NCBI GenBank assembly: GCA_045114455.1
Contig: JBGUKN010000033.1
Span: forward strand, 10,539-74,538
Direction of reading: 5' to 3'
DNA from: Victivallales bacterium
GTDB lineage: Bacteria; Verrucomicrobiota; Lentisphaeria; Victivallales; UBA1829
Length of the DNA stretch: 64,000 bases
In this document: positions 10,472 to 21,500 of the stretch, in pieces
How the letters are laid out: each line of letters begins with the position of its first letter
How positions within the stretch are numbered: the stretch's first letter is position 1
Made by a program: the position numbers and the translations under genes
Notes under the pieces: model-generated
Databases searched by the model: none
What the model was told of the DNA's origin: nothing
The model's input: only the letters and a program-made list of their open reading frames with translations

Positions 10472-11221
10472 ATGTCCCAACGCTGGCTGATGATCGCCGA
10501 CGCGCATTTGACCTGCCGCACACCGGAGGACGGTTTCTTCCGCATGCTCGACGCCGCCGCCCGTCTGCCCGGAGACGTCGGGATCATTTTCCTCGGGGAC
10601 GTTTTCGACCTTTGGATCGCGCTGCCCGGTTATGAAAACGATGAACACCGGCGTTTTCTGGACTGGTGCCGCCGGGAAAAAACGAAGCGGAAGATCATAT
10701 TTCTGGAGGGCAACCACGAGTTCTTCGTTGCGAAGACGTATGGCGACGCATTCACATACGCCGGCGAGGACGCCTATCAGGACGGGCTTCTCCAGTGGTT
10801 TCACGGCGACCGCATCAACAAGTCGGACCGCGGCTACGCGTTTCTCCGGTTCATGATCCGGAACCGGGTGACGCGCTGGTTCCTGCGGCTGGTCGGCCCC
10901 ACATTCGGGCCATCGTTCGCGCATTACGTCCGCGAACGTCTCCGCACCACAAACCAGGCTTACAAACACTATTTCCCGGAGCCGCACGCACTGAGGTATC
11001 TCGCCTCGTGCCCGCCGGACTCCGTCGTTTTCGCGGGGCATTTCCACGACCGGGTCACGAAGACCGCGGAAGGAAGGACGATGGAGGTCCTTCCGGCATA
11101 TGCGAATGCCTCGGAACTCGCTTATTACGACCCGTCGGCGCCGGAGCTCGCGGTATTTTCCTCGGACCGGATCGCCGACGTGTGCTGCAAACCAACGAAC
11201 CAGGAGGCGGCTGAACCATGA
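10472..11221 (+). CDS. lpxH: UDP-2,3-diacylglucosamine hydrolase-like metallophosphoesterase
   Basis: DAH, GDVFD, EGNHE, HGD, GHFH motifs. Confidence 0.75.
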   Translation: MSQRWLMIADAHLTCRTPEDGFFRMLDAAARLPGDVGIIFLGDVFDLWIALPGYENDEHRRFLDWCRREKTKRKIIFLEGNHEFFVAKTYGDAFTYAGEDAYQDGLLQWFHGDRINKSDRGYAFLRFMIRNRVTRWFLRLVGPTFGPSFAHYVRERLRTTNQAYKHYFPEPHALRYLASCPPDSVVFAGHFHDRVTKTAEGRTMEVLPAYANASELAYYDPSAPELAVFSSDRIADVCCKPTNQEAAEP

Positions 11222-11706
11222 AACGACTCATGTATCCCGGCAGTTTCGACCCCGTCACAAACGGTCATCTGGACGTCATCCGGCGCGCGTCGCGCATCGC
11301 CGACGAGGTGCTGGTGGCCGTCGCGCGCAACTCGGAAAAATCTCCTCTGTTCACGACGGAGGAGCGCATCGAGCTGATCCGCACCGTCACGGCGTCCATT
11401 CCAAACATCCGCGTCGTCACGTTCACCGGACTTCTCGCCGATGCCGTGAATGCGTTCGAAGTCTCGGCGGTCATCCGCGGCCTGCGCGCCGTATCCGATT
11501 TCGAATACGAATTCCAGATGGCGCTCATGAACCGCGAACTGAACCCGGCATGCGAGACCCTCTTCATGATGCCGAGCCCGGAGTATTCGTTCCTGAGTTC
11601 GCGCCTCATCCGCGAGATCGCATCCTGCGGCGGGTCCGTCTCCGCGTTCGTGCCGCCGGAAGTCGTCGCCGCAATCCGCAACAAAATGGAGCAGGCAAAA
11701 TCATGA
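11218..11706 (+). CDS. coaD: Phosphopantetheine adenylyltransferase
   Basis: YPGSFDPVTNGHLD, RGLRAVSDFEYE, SSRLIRE; ATGA overlap. Confidence 0.97.
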   Translation: MKRLMYPGSFDPVTNGHLDVIRRASRIADEVLVAVARNSEKSPLFTTEERIELIRTVTASIPNIRVVTFTGLLADAVNAFEVSAVIRGLRAVSDFEYEFQMALMNRELNPACETLFMMPSPEYSFLSSRLIREIASCGGSVSAFVPPEVVAAIRNKMEQAKS

Positions 11707-12350
11707 TCATCATCAACACATCGCATATCCTTCCCGACACTCCGTATCTGCTCGACGGAACGGAGTCCGCCGACATCCTGGAGCTTCCCGCCGACGCCGA
11801 TCCGCCGCTCGCACCCGCGGGCGACATCACCTATCATCTTTCCGCGGTCATGGCTGGCGCCGACCTGATCGTGACCGGAAGCGTGTCCGTCCCGCTCGCC
11901 ACTGTCTGCGCGCGCTGCCTCGACGACATCCGCGTCCCGATCTCGGTGAAAAAGCTCTGCTTCCATTTCGAAAAGGTCAAGGATCTGGAAGTCGACCTCA
12001 CGGACGACGTCCGCGAAGAGCTTCTCCTCGCCATCCCGTCCTGCTTCTACTGTTCCCCTGACTGCAAAGGCATCTGCCCCATGTGCGGCACGAATCTCAA
12101 TCATGCGTCGTGCGCCTGCGACAGGAATCCGGCGGAACCCGAACCCGATCCGGCGGCTCCGTCGCCGTGGGACCAGCTCGATGCCCTGAATCTCGCACCG
12201 GAAAAAACAGAAAAAGCGGCTTCGAAGAAATCAACGGAAAAGCCTGCAAAGAAGAAAACTGCCGCAGCAGCAAAGGAAAAAACGGCGAAAAAGAAAACCT
12301 CCGCTCCGGCATCCGGAAAAACCGGCGGCCGCGGCAAAAAGCAGGCCTGA
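11703..12350 (+). CDS. yceD: YceD/DUF177 protein with Lys/Ala-rich tail
   Basis: CARCL, EELLLAIP, CSPDCKGICPMCGTNLN…C.C; ATG at 11703 overlaps coaD stop. Confidence 0.85.
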   Translation: MIIINTSHILPDTPYLLDGTESADILELPADADPPLAPAGDITYHLSAVMAGADLIVTGSVSVPLATVCARCLDDIRVPISVKKLCFHFEKVKDLEVDLTDDVREELLLAIPSCFYCSPDCKGICPMCGTNLNHASCACDRNPAEPEPDPAAPSPWDQLDALNLAPEKTEKAASKKSTEKPAKKKTAAAAKEKTAKKKTSAPASGKTGGRGKKQA

Positions 12351-12361
12351 AATCCGCAGTC

Positions 12362-13645
12362 TTATTTGCGCGGGAGGCGTTCCGTGCGGATCGGAAGCAG
12401 ATAGAGCGCCGTCAGGAAGTTGACCGCCGCGACGAGTACGACCACACCGACGGTGGAGATTATGCCGTGCGACATGAGCTGCGCGGTAACGACCGTGCCG
12501 ATCGCGATCGCAAAGGAGTTTACGATGTTGTTCGCGGCGACGGCGCGTGCGACCTCCTGCGGGTCGGCCTTGTGCTGAAGCAGGGCGTTCAGCGGGACGG
12601 AGTAGAAGCCGCCGCATGCCGCAAGCAGCACCAGGTCTGCGGCGATCCGCCAGGAGGCGGGGAACTTGAGAAGCTCGCCGACGGCGAAGAGCGTTTCGGG
12701 ATCGTCCGGGACGTGCGTCCATGAACGCGCCGCGAAGAACAGGTCGAGCGTGAAGAACGCCATGAGGACCAGCGCGGGCGAAACGAGCGGCATCACGGGG
12801 CGGCGGCGTCCGACGGTCTGGCACAGCACGGACCCGATGGCAACGCCCGCGGAGAAAAGCAGATAAAGGATCGGGACGAGGTGCGGCGTCGCGTTCAGCA
12901 CGTCCTTGCAGAACCCGGCCAGCAGAGACACGTAGAGCGCGGCAGTCATCCAGAACGTCGAAAGTCCGATCACGCAGTGCGTCAGGATCCTGTCCCGGAA
13001 CACGGCTTTCAGGACGTCCCACGAGGCGCGGACGATGTTCGGGTCGATGCGGAGCGAGGGGGATTCCGGCGGCATGTCCGGGATCAGGAACGCGCCGCAG
13101 AGCCCGAGGGCGGCCATGAGCAGGATGACCGCGCCCGTCACGAGGCCGCCGTGCGGGATGGTGATCAGGTAGTTGCCGAGGACCGCGCCGAAGATGACCG
13201 CGACGTAGGTCCCGGCGTTCACATAAGCGTTGCCGCGCAGGAGTTCGCGTTCCTCCAGCATCTGCGGGATGTAGGCATATTTGAGCGGGCTGAAGAGCGC
13301 GGACTGCGTGCCCATGAAGAACAGCAGTGCGAGCAGCGGCCAGATGCTGCCCCGGATGAATGCGAAGAAGACCGGGACCATGAGCACGAATTCCATGATC
13401 TTGCAGGCGCGGAAGAGCTTGTGGCGCGGGAACTTGTCGGCGAGCTGGCCGGCGGTGGCGGAGAACGGGAAGTACGGGAGCATGAGGAGCGCCATGGCCG
13501 TGAAGGACAGGGCGTTCGCCGTGCCGGACGAGTAGCCGGACTGGTAGGAGATCATGATGACCAGCGCGTTGCGGAAAAGATTGTCGTTGAACGCGCCGAA
13601 GAAGAACGTCAGAAAGAACGGAAAGAATCTGCGGGAGAAAAACAT
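12362..13645 (-). CDS. MFS transporter, LplT/Aas-associated lysophospholipid transporter type
   Basis: FFGAFNDNLFRNAL, GQLADKF, QSALFSPLKY, A.NNIVN; about 12 TM. Confidence 0.85.
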   Translation of the reverse strand: MFFSRRFFPFFLTFFFGAFNDNLFRNALVIMISYQSGYSSGTANALSFTAMALLMLPYFPFSATAGQLADKFPRHKLFRACKIMEFVLMVPVFFAFIRGSIWPLLALLFFMGTQSALFSPLKYAYIPQMLEERELLRGNAYVNAGTYVAVIFGAVLGNYLITIPHGGLVTGAVILLMAALGLCGAFLIPDMPPESPSLRIDPNIVRASWDVLKAVFRDRILTHCVIGLSTFWMTAALYVSLLAGFCKDVLNATPHLVPILYLLFSAGVAIGSVLCQTVGRRRPVMPLVSPALVLMAFFTLDLFFAARSWTHVPDDPETLFAVGELLKFPASWRIAADLVLLAACGGFYSVPLNALLQHKADPQEVARAVAANNIVNSFAIAIGTVVTAQLMSHGIISTVGVVVLVAAVNFLTALYLLPIRTERLPRK

Positions 13646-13893
13646 GTCGGGTTCCGGGAAAGAAAAAGTGTTTCCAGAGGAAGGCTGGCTGCGGAAGTTC
13701 AGGAATAAAACGGGATTGAACTATAATATAGAACTCTGCGCCGGAAAGTCAAGCGGGGGACGGTGCGGACGTCATTCGGCATGTCGTCTTTTCGCTTTTT
13801 TTGCGAATCCGACTTGACAAATCCTTCGGAAACGGCTATCTTATTATTTTCAAAAGGTTTTTACTTCTTAACGATAACGAAACAGGTCTTATT

Positions 13894-14823
13894 ATGGCGA
13901 ATTATGATGTCAAGGACGTGAACGGCGTCGAACACCTCAGGCTTGAGGAATCCGACGTCGCCGCTCTCGTCGAGTCCGATCAGGTCACGGCCACCTGCCC
14001 CATGAAGAAATCCCCCATGCCGTCCTGGTCCACCGCCGCAAAATTCGATTTCCTCACCAATCTGCTCGACGAACAGCGCAAACGCCTCGCAGTAAACGCT
14101 GCACAGGCACGCGACATCAGCATTTTCTCCCAGCAGGAGCTCACGGACCAGCAGAAAATCGCGCTCGCCGAAGAGGAAAAATTCGTGGCGAAGCCTGCCG
14201 CTCCGGTCGCCCGCCTCAAGGCGTTCTTCATCGACTTCATCTTCGCGATTTTCAAGGCCGTCCCGGTGGAGCTCGCCGCCATCGTTGCGGTCTACCTGGT
14301 GGCCGTGTCCGGCGCCTCCTCCCTGCCGCAGGCGCCCGCAGGTCTCGGCTCCGATGCCGTCAGCCTCGCTCCGGCCCCGGCAGGCGCGAAGGCGAAGCTC
14401 AAGATCGCTCCGACCAAGTTCGCCGAACTCGACGCCGATCTCGGATACAAGGCCGGGTCCGTCATCGACGACAAGGTCGCAAAGGAACAATACATCTGCC
14501 TCTCCTCCGAAAAAGGCAAGGCAGTCTGGATCAAATCCGCCACGGCGGGACGCATCGCACTCGGCGCCGCGTTCCTGTTCTTCGCATGGGAATTCGTCAT
14601 GCTCGGCTGGGGACTCTGCGCCCACGGCCAGACGCGCGGCATGAAGAAGAACGGCCTGACGCTCTCCAATGCCAGGGACGTCCGCGTGGAGCTGAACGGG
14701 TTCCAGGTGTTCGTGTCCGTCCTGGTGACGCTCGTGACCTGGACCTTCGCCTGGATCCTCGTGCTGACGATCAAGCGTTCCCCCGCCGAGCTCGTTTCGT
14801 TCACGCGCTGCACCGCGGAATAA
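13894..14823 (+). CDS. RDD-family membrane protein with inserted soluble segment
   Basis: RLKAFFID and GQTRGMK motifs; start moved to MANYDV. Confidence 0.6.
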   Translation: MANYDVKDVNGVEHLRLEESDVAALVESDQVTATCPMKKSPMPSWSTAAKFDFLTNLLDEQRKRLAVNAAQARDISIFSQQELTDQQKIALAEEEKFVAKPAAPVARLKAFFIDFIFAIFKAVPVELAAIVAVYLVAVSGASSLPQAPAGLGSDAVSLAPAPAGAKAKLKIAPTKFAELDADLGYKAGSVIDDKVAKEQYICLSSEKGKAVWIKSATAGRIALGAAFLFFAWEFVMLGWGLCAHGQTRGMKKNGLTLSNARDVRVELNGFQVFVSVLVTLVTWTFAWILVLTIKRSPAELVSFTRCTAE

Positions 14824-14847
14824 CCGGTCTTTTTTCCGTTTTTTCAG

Positions 14848-14877
14848 GCGCCGTGCTTCGGTACGGCGCTTTTTTTG
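14848..14877 (+). terminator. Intrinsic terminator
   Basis: GCGCCGTGC-TTCG-GTACGGCGC followed by T run. Confidence 0.85.
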
Positions 14878-15232
14878 TCGGCTTCTGTCTGTCCGGCGAT
14901 CATTCCGCGGATGGCGGCGGGAGCGGCATGGAAAACGACAAAAAAGCCCTCCGTCGCAGCAAAGACGACGAAGGGCAATGTACCGTTATGTCCGCTCCGG
15001 CGCTAATTCAGCGGGCGGAGCGGAACCGGAGCCGGAATCATTCCGGGTTGAAATCGGACTTGGAAACGCCGCAGACGGGGCAGCCCCAGTCTTCCGGGAC
15101 GTCTTCCCAGGCGGTTCCGGGCGCGATTCCGCTGTCGGGATCGCCGACGGCGGGGTCATAGACATAACCGCAGACGCTGCAAACATACTTTTTCATGATG
15201 GAGAATCCTTTCTGGTTTCGAACGTGGTGTGA

Positions 15233-16438
15233 TTATTGAGCGGAGCGCGCGAGAAGCGCGTCGCCGACGGCTTTGCCGAGGGCCGCACACTGGTCAAGCG
15301 CCGCCGCGGTGGGAACGTATTTGACTTTCAGGCCGGGCGCCACGAGTTCGACGCCCGCGCCCTTCAGGTATTCCTCGATCTTCGCGACGGATTCGCCGCT
15401 CCAGCCGAAAGAGCCGAACGCAGCGCCGATCATGTTTTTGGGGCGGAGTCCGCGGAGATAGGTCAGGACGTCCGCCGTGCGTGGATAGAGGTCGTTGTTG
15501 ATGGTGGGGGAGCCGACGACGAGGGCGGAGGCTTTCAGCATGGCGGCCGCGGCGTCGCTGCGCGTGCAGGATGCCAGACAGAGGACCTGGACGCCGCATC
15601 CGGTCTCGCGGATGGCGTCGGCGATCGCAAACGCCATTTTTTCGGTGCTGTGCCACATGGTGTCGTAAAGCACGAGGGCGTTGGGCGTGACCGCCTGTTC
15701 GGCGAATTCCTTGTACCACGCGAACGGAGTGCCCAGCATGTCGACGCGCCACAGCGGACCGTGGTCGGGGGCGATGACAGCGACGTCGAGGCCGAGGCCG
15801 GGGAAGGCTTCGAGGAGCTTCAGGACCTGCGGGGAATACGGCAGAAGGATGTTCGCGTAGTAGCGTTCGGCTTCCTCGCGCATGGTCGGGAGGTCGTTCT
15901 CGTCCGCGAAGATCTTGGCAACTGCATAGTGCATGCCGAAGCCGTCCTGCGAGAAGAGGACGTTGTCGCCGGTGAGGTAGCTGAACATGCTGTCCGGCCA
16001 GTGGAGCATACGGGTCTCGACGAACTTGAGCGAGGATTCGCCGAGTTCGATGGCGTCGCCGCTCTTTACGGGCATGATCTTTCCGGCGAGGTCGTGGAAA
16101 TGGGCTTCGAGCGCCTTCACGCCGAGGGTGGAAGCATAGACTTCGGACGGATTCACGCGGGCGATGGTCTCGGGCAAGGCGCCGGAATGGTCCATTTCGG
16201 CATGGTTGGAGACGATCACATCGATCTTCGAGGGGTCGACGACGGATGCGATACGCTCCATCATCTCGCCGGAGAACGGCGCCTTGACCGTATCGATGAG
16301 CGTGATCTTCCGATCCATGACGAGAAATGCGTTATAGGTGGAACCGCGGCGCGTGGTGTAACCGTGGAACTCCTTGAGCTGCCAGTCGATGGCGCCGACC
16401 CACCAGACTTTGGGGGAAATCCGGATCGCTTTCATCAT
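15233..16438 (-). CDS. fprA: Flavodiiron protein (FprA/ROO type)
   Basis: GSTYNAF, NHAEMDH, HWPDSM, DGFG.H, PDHG, flavodoxin domain YDTMWHSTEKMA. Confidence 0.95.
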   Translation of the reverse strand: MMKAIRISPKVWWVGAIDWQLKEFHGYTTRRGSTYNAFLVMDRKITLIDTVKAPFSGEMMERIASVVDPSKIDVIVSNHAEMDHSGALPETIARVNPSEVYASTLGVKALEAHFHDLAGKIMPVKSGDAIELGESSLKFVETRMLHWPDSMFSYLTGDNVLFSQDGFGMHYAVAKIFADENDLPTMREEAERYYANILLPYSPQVLKLLEAFPGLGLDVAVIAPDHGPLWRVDMLGTPFAWYKEFAEQAVTPNALVLYDTMWHSTEKMAFAIADAIRETGCGVQVLCLASCTRSDAAAAMLKASALVVGSPTINNDLYPRTADVLTYLRGLRPKNMIGAAFGSFGWSGESVAKIEEYLKGAGVELVAPGLKVKYVPTAAALDQCAALGKAVGDALLARSAQ

Positions 16439-16486
16439 AATAGTGCGTGTGTCCTTTCGTGAGGGTATCGTAAAGATTATTTGGGA

Positions 16487-16885
16487 TTACGGGATGGTAA
16501 AGGCCCAGAGGCCGTGGAGATTGCAGTATTCGCGAAGGATGAGGCCGCCGCGGTATTTGACGGGAAACACGGCTTCCGGCGCGTCGCCCGGCTTCAGATA
16601 CTTGCGGAAGACCATGTCGCCGTCGACGACCTCGATCCACTGGATGTAGTGCGCCTCCAGCATCGGATGCGCCACCGCGCCGACCATGACTTTGAGCCAG
16701 TCGCCCTGCGGCTCCGCCACCGGGACATGCTTTTCGCCAGCGCCGTCGGAACGGTTTTCCATCATGCGCGTCAGGCCGCGTCCGCAGCAGGCGAGGATGC
16801 AGTCGTCCCCTTTTTCGCAGGGCTGAAGCGCTTCAAAGACAACGCCGCACTCGGCGCATTTCCAGATCGGATTCGGTTCCTTCAT
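16487..16885 (-). CDS. dfx: Desulfoferrodoxin (superoxide reductase)
   Basis: CAEC…CC desulforedoxin centre, EKHVP, HPM…HYIQWI, CNLHG. Confidence 0.95.
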   Translation of the reverse strand: MKEPNPIWKCAECGVVFEALQPCEKGDDCILACCGRGLTRMMENRSDGAGEKHVPVAEPQGDWLKVMVGAVAHPMLEAHYIQWIEVVDGDMVFRKYLKPGDAPEAVFPVKYRGGLILREYCNLHGLWAFTIP

Positions 16886-16976
16886 CGTGATTCCCCCTCA
16901 TTCTTGCAGGTTCGGCCGTGCCGTTCCGGCCGGCGGTTCCGCCCGGATGACGCACGAGCCTTTCATTCTTCCAATA

Positions 16977-17005
16977 CTGTATCACCTGCGCACGGAAAAT
17001 GCAAG
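16977..17005 (-). promoter_or_regulatory. Promoter of dfx-fprA, TTGCAT-N17-TACAGT
   Basis: Read on minus strand with TG extension. Confidence 0.5.
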
Positions 17006-17030
17006 CCCGCAACGAGGAAAAGCCGGGAAG

Positions 17031-17078
17031 AAAAAACGAAAAAGCCGCCGGGGGAGCGGTGAAACTCCTGCCCGACGG
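17031..17078 (-). terminator. Terminator closing the phage-like operon
   Basis: GCCGTCGGG…CCCGGCGGC stem then TTTTTCGTTTTTT on minus strand, just after the last cluster gene. Confidence 0.75.
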
Positions 17079-17093
17079 CAAAAAGAAAAACCA

Positions 17094-17510
17094 TCAGTCT
17101 CCGTTCGGTCCGGACCCGGAAGCGGTGTCGTCGGACCCCTGCGACAATTCCTGACCGAAGTCGCTCCGGATGAGGGCGGCGGCATCCGTCAGATGGTCGG
17201 CGGTTCCGATGTAGTTGATCGTGACCTCGTGCGAGACCGCGGCGGAATTGAAGATGCCGGGCGAGACCCGCCTGCGGTACTGAAGCGCATAGGTCCCCTC
17301 CGGCGCACTCGCGTAATCCCCGGTGATGACGGTGCTTTTCAGCACGGGCGCGGCCGTATCCGGATCGACGCCGACACGCTGGATGGCAACCGTGCCGCTG
17401 CCGGACAGGGATTTTTCCGCAAGTCCGCCGAGGGCGGAATTGACGCCGGAGCACCCGGAGAACGGAATGATTGCAGCGACAGAAACAAAAATCAAAGAAA
17501 GACGATACAT
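17094..17510 (-). CDS. Predicted lipoprotein (spanin-like position)
   Basis: Signal peptide with lipobox-like FSGC; last gene of operon. Confidence 0.55.
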   Translation of the reverse strand: MYRLSLIFVSVAAIIPFSGCSGVNSALGGLAEKSLSGSGTVAIQRVGVDPDTAAPVLKSTVITGDYASAPEGTYALQYRRRVSPGIFNSAAVSHEVTINYIGTADHLTDAAALIRSDFGQELSQGSDDTASGSGPNGD

Positions 17511-17532
17511 GTTGAACCCTTGAAATTGAATG

Positions 17533-17763
17533 TTATTTGTTGAGCATTTCCTTTGCTCCGGCGAGGACGGCGGCGCAGATTACTCCGATGACAAGCGTGA
17601 TGAAGGCTTTCATAGCCGTTTTCCGTCCAGTTTGAAACGCCTCGGCGAGGGTGCGGAGCGTATCCGCCGTCTTCGCGTCGATCCCGTTCGGACACCCGTG
17701 ATCGTAGGAAGCCAGGATATCGGTGAAGATGGCGGCGATCTCGTTTTTGTCCTGATCCGTCAT
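17533..17763 (-). CDS. Small single-TM protein, holin-like
   Basis: 76 aa from MTDQDK; C-terminal TM AFITLVIGVICAAVLAG; ATGA-type overlap with upstream gene. Confidence 0.45.
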   Translation of the reverse strand: MTDQDKNEIAAIFTDILASYDHGCPNGIDAKTADTLRTLAEAFQTGRKTAMKAFITLVIGVICAAVLAGAKEMLNK

Positions 17764-18149
17764 ATGCGCTTTTTCCCTTCCTTGTAGGCGTTCCAACCGA
17801 ACATCTGACAAATGAGAGCGGCGAGGATCCCGGTCAGCATGCAGACCGGACGGCAATCGTACACGGCCTCAAGCATGACGTTTGCGGCAAGACGGGCATT
17901 CGCATCCGTGAACGACCGGAACGTTTTGTACGGCAGAGAGTATTCCCAGTCGTGAATTTCCGCGGACGCCTCCAGCGGACGGAGCAGACATGAAAGCATG
18001 TGCCGGAACCATGCCGGCCATCGGTCCGGTCCGACGCCGTTGCATGCGGCGGCGAGCTCGTCCCCCGATGCCTGCCAGAACGATTCCGGGGCGAAGGCTC
18101 CGAACTCACGACAGAACGCACGCAGGAATTGAGCACGGGACGGCGTCAT
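17760..18149 (-). CDS. Phospholipase A2-like protein
   Basis: CNGVGP…HDWEY matches the G-x-G loop plus HDxxY catalytic pattern. Confidence 0.5.
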   Translation of the reverse strand: MTPSRAQFLRAFCREFGAFAPESFWQASGDELAAACNGVGPDRWPAWFRHMLSCLLRPLEASAEIHDWEYSLPYKTFRSFTDANARLAANVMLEAVYDCRPVCMLTGILAALICQMFGWNAYKEGKKRI

Positions 18150-18544
18150 CTGTCCGCCGCTCCCTTCACGAGTTCCGCCCAGGTGATTCCGAACCGGAGC
18201 GCGTCCGCCATGAGCTCGACGATCCGGGCGCGGCCCTCCGCGACCACCTCCTCAGACACGCCGCGATCCCGTGCGAACGCGATCAGGTCGGACGAGATGC
18301 CGTTTTGTGCCGCAGCGAGAAACTCGGCGGGCGTGATCCTGTCGGTTTTGCTCGCGAGGTCCGCGATCAGATCGGCAAACGCCGCGCAGATGCGTTCCTG
18401 CGGCGTCGGTTCGCCGTCGTCCGTGATCGCGCCGCCGAGCTGGATAAACAACTCGTCCGTCACGGGCGAAACGATTGATCCATCCGTTAATTTCAGCGGG
18501 TCCGGGCGATGATCGTAAGTTTTTCCGTTGATTGTGTATTCCAT
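18146..18544 (-). CDS. Phage hypothetical protein
   Basis: 132 aa, GGAGG RBS, overlaps next gene. Confidence 0.6.
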   Translation of the reverse strand: MEYTINGKTYDHRPDPLKLTDGSIVSPVTDELFIQLGGAITDDGEPTPQERICAAFADLIADLASKTDRITPAEFLAAAQNGISSDLIAFARDRGVSEEVVAEGRARIVELMADALRFGITWAELVKGAADR

Positions 18545-18564
18545 TGTTCAGTCCTCCTTATGTT

Positions 18565-21500
18565 TCAACCTACTTTGTTGAGCTGCACCAGCGCGCCAGT
18601 CACCGTATAGGTTCCGGTAGAACCGTTGACTGTAGCAGAGCTATAGGTTGTACCATCGTCCGTGGTATAGTACACAAGATAATCAGCCGTGGAATCGAGG
18701 AAAGTTACAGCAGCCCCGTAGACAAAGCCAAGATTGGTGATGGTGGAGCCTTGAATATCTGCGTAGTCGAAAGTATGAATATGGCCGGCACTGTCACGGA
18801 TAACAGTCGGAAGGTCATCACCGCCGCCGACAATATTGATGATTCCGTTCTCCGCATTTGCGATAATCGGAGTGCCAGCGGATGTTCCGGTTAGGTCAAC
18901 AATCGCCCCGCTGGTAATGGTAAGTTCGCCGTCAACGACCTTGGTAATCGGATTGATGTTTGTGCCTGAGAAAACGGCAGTACCACCACCGTTAATGTAA
19001 ATGAAGTACGAACCTTTTGACCCGCCGGGAGGAACGCCTTGAAAGTCGCAGTCTCCAATCGTGCAATGCGCACTGCCGTTAGTGTTCGACCCCATGTAAA
19101 TCGCCAACCCATCCTGCCAGTTGGCGACAGCATTTCCGCTGAACACACAGTTGGAAACGGACGCGGTACATCCGGCAAGATACATAGCTCCTCCTTTGTT
19201 GTTGAGGCAGGTGTTATCGTAAAACGAGCATCCTTCCGCCTCAAACGTGGAGTTATTCAGCTGGACTGCGCCGCCAAAGGAGTTAGCAAGCCCGGAGAAA
19301 ATGGCGCCGCTCACCTTGCCGCCGTAGGGCTGTACCAGTTTGTTCAAATAGTTCGTATTGCTCAAACTTGCAACAGTCAAGTTATCAAGCATATACGCGC
19401 TTGCCTGACCTGCGGACGGATACACGGTCGCGCCGCCGGGAGCAAAGGTGATGCCGCCGCCGGGGTTGATGGGCGTGGTGTTGGTATTGCCAGTCAAATC
19501 AACAACGGCACCGCTGGAGATGCTGACGGCTCCAACAGCACTTTCCCCACCGGACATGATTTTATCAACCCTATTTTCTCCGGTGATAACAACTGTCCCC
19601 CCGGAGGTAACTATATATCCAACCGTACTCCCGCTCATATTGATGGTAGCGTCCGTGAGTCGTATGTCAGTCGTAGAATTACCACTTATGACAGAGTTAT
19701 CAATGTTAAGAACACTACTTCCGCCTGCGTACACCCCGCCACCAAAGGCGCCATAATTAGCGGTTACGATACACTTATCTAACGTGAGTGTACCGCCAGA
19801 ATTGACCGCACCCCCACCACCGTACGCCCCATTCATTCCACTAATCGTGCAGGAAGAAAGGTATACAGTCGCATTAGACGAACGAATACCGCCCGAACCA
19901 CCCGTAAATGTGCAACCGCTCGCATACGCCGTGCCGCCGCCGGAAACTGTGACGTTCGTTCCACCGAGATTCACCACATTCGTATTGCCGATTTGAGGAA
20001 CAGTCATGCCGTCGAGCATGTAAGCCGAAGCGGAACCAGCGGAAGGATACACGTTCGCACCGCCCGGAGCGAAGGTCACGCCGCATCCGGGATTCCACGG
20101 CGTGGCATTTTCATTCCCCGTGAAGTCAATGACTGCGCCGCTCGAAACCGACCACTCCCCACTTGGGGTGCTGTATTTGTCCGTGCGACCTTTATATACA
20201 ATAGTCCCGCCAAACGTAGCACTCGCGTTGGAGTAATTGTAGATATTGGCAATGTTGTCCAAAAATGAGCAGTCAACAATCGCGACTTTTGCGCCGCGTT
20301 TCATGGCGATGTCATTCAACGTGTTTCCGCTGAACGTACAACCGCTTAAAAAGACGGTCGCCTTGCCAGTATCGCAAGCAACTCCTATAGCTCCAATCCT
20401 TGTGGCGGCTGTATTTCCGCTGAACGTGCAGGAGGTGAATTGTGCGGACATTCCATCTGTGAAAAGAAACGCCCCGGACGTTGCTCCGCTCGAACCGCCA
20501 TTCGTAAATGTACAACCTGAGGCAGAACCGTTTTGCATTATGGCGGTCGTTGCACCGAGGTCAACCACGCCGGTTCCGTCTCCCGTGACCTTTTCGACTG
20601 CCAAACCGCCGCCGCTGACCGCAACGTTCTGAACGAACACGTCGCCCAGTGTGAGCGTGCCAGAACTCACAACCACGCCGTTCATGCTGAGGTTGGAGAA
20701 GGTCGTTTTCGATGTGCAGACGATGCCGCCGCTGAGGACGGTTTCCGTGTAGCCGTTGCCGACAACGTGCTTTTCGCCCGCGTAGGTCGTCGCGCCGCCG
20801 AGGTCGAGCGTCTGACCGTTCAAAGAGGCGTCAAAGGCAATGTATTCACTGGAAACATCATGCAGTGCATAGGGGAGCGTTCCGGCTGTGGTCCCGGTCG
20901 CGGATACCACAATGTATCCGTACACATGGTCTTCGACGGAAATGATACATTTCCCGTCGTGGAATCTCAACGTGCAGTTATTCACCGCATCCGGCTCCAG
21001 CGCATCGGCGAGGATGACGTTGGAATCCGTACGGACATACCCCGTTCCCGCGACGAAGAGTTCGATGTGGCCCTCAATACCCCACGTCCCCGTGCTGTCC
21101 TTGAACGCCGCCGTAGTCGCAAGCCACTTGGCAGACGAAGTGACATTGATCTTGTATGCGTTGCCCGGCTCCATAACATAAGCGGAAACGGAAGTCTGGC
21201 TTCCTTCTGGCGTGATGGTTCGCGTGATGATGCTGGAATCCGCAATGATGTTCATGTACCGTTTGCGGTTTACCGTGGTCCCGGAAATCTCCATCAGGTC
21301 GCCCGCGGAGATGTTGTTCTGCTTCGCCGCGAGGGATGCCGAAAGCCCTGTGACAACGCTTTGCGGTACATCGTCCGTGCTGATTACGCCATTGGAAGAG
21401 ATGGAAATGCCCGTTCCTGCGTTGGAGAAATTCAATTTATCCTGTTTCGTATCTGCCGAAGCCGAAACTGCTGCCTGAATAAGACTTTCCGCCTGCGTAC

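Noticed and set aside
16886-17093. Mu-type TG…CA ends, att sites or target duplication at the cluster borders (also 29633-30045)
   Set aside because: No repeated transposase-binding sites or matching direct repeats found by eye; the space is occupied by a terminator and host promoters.
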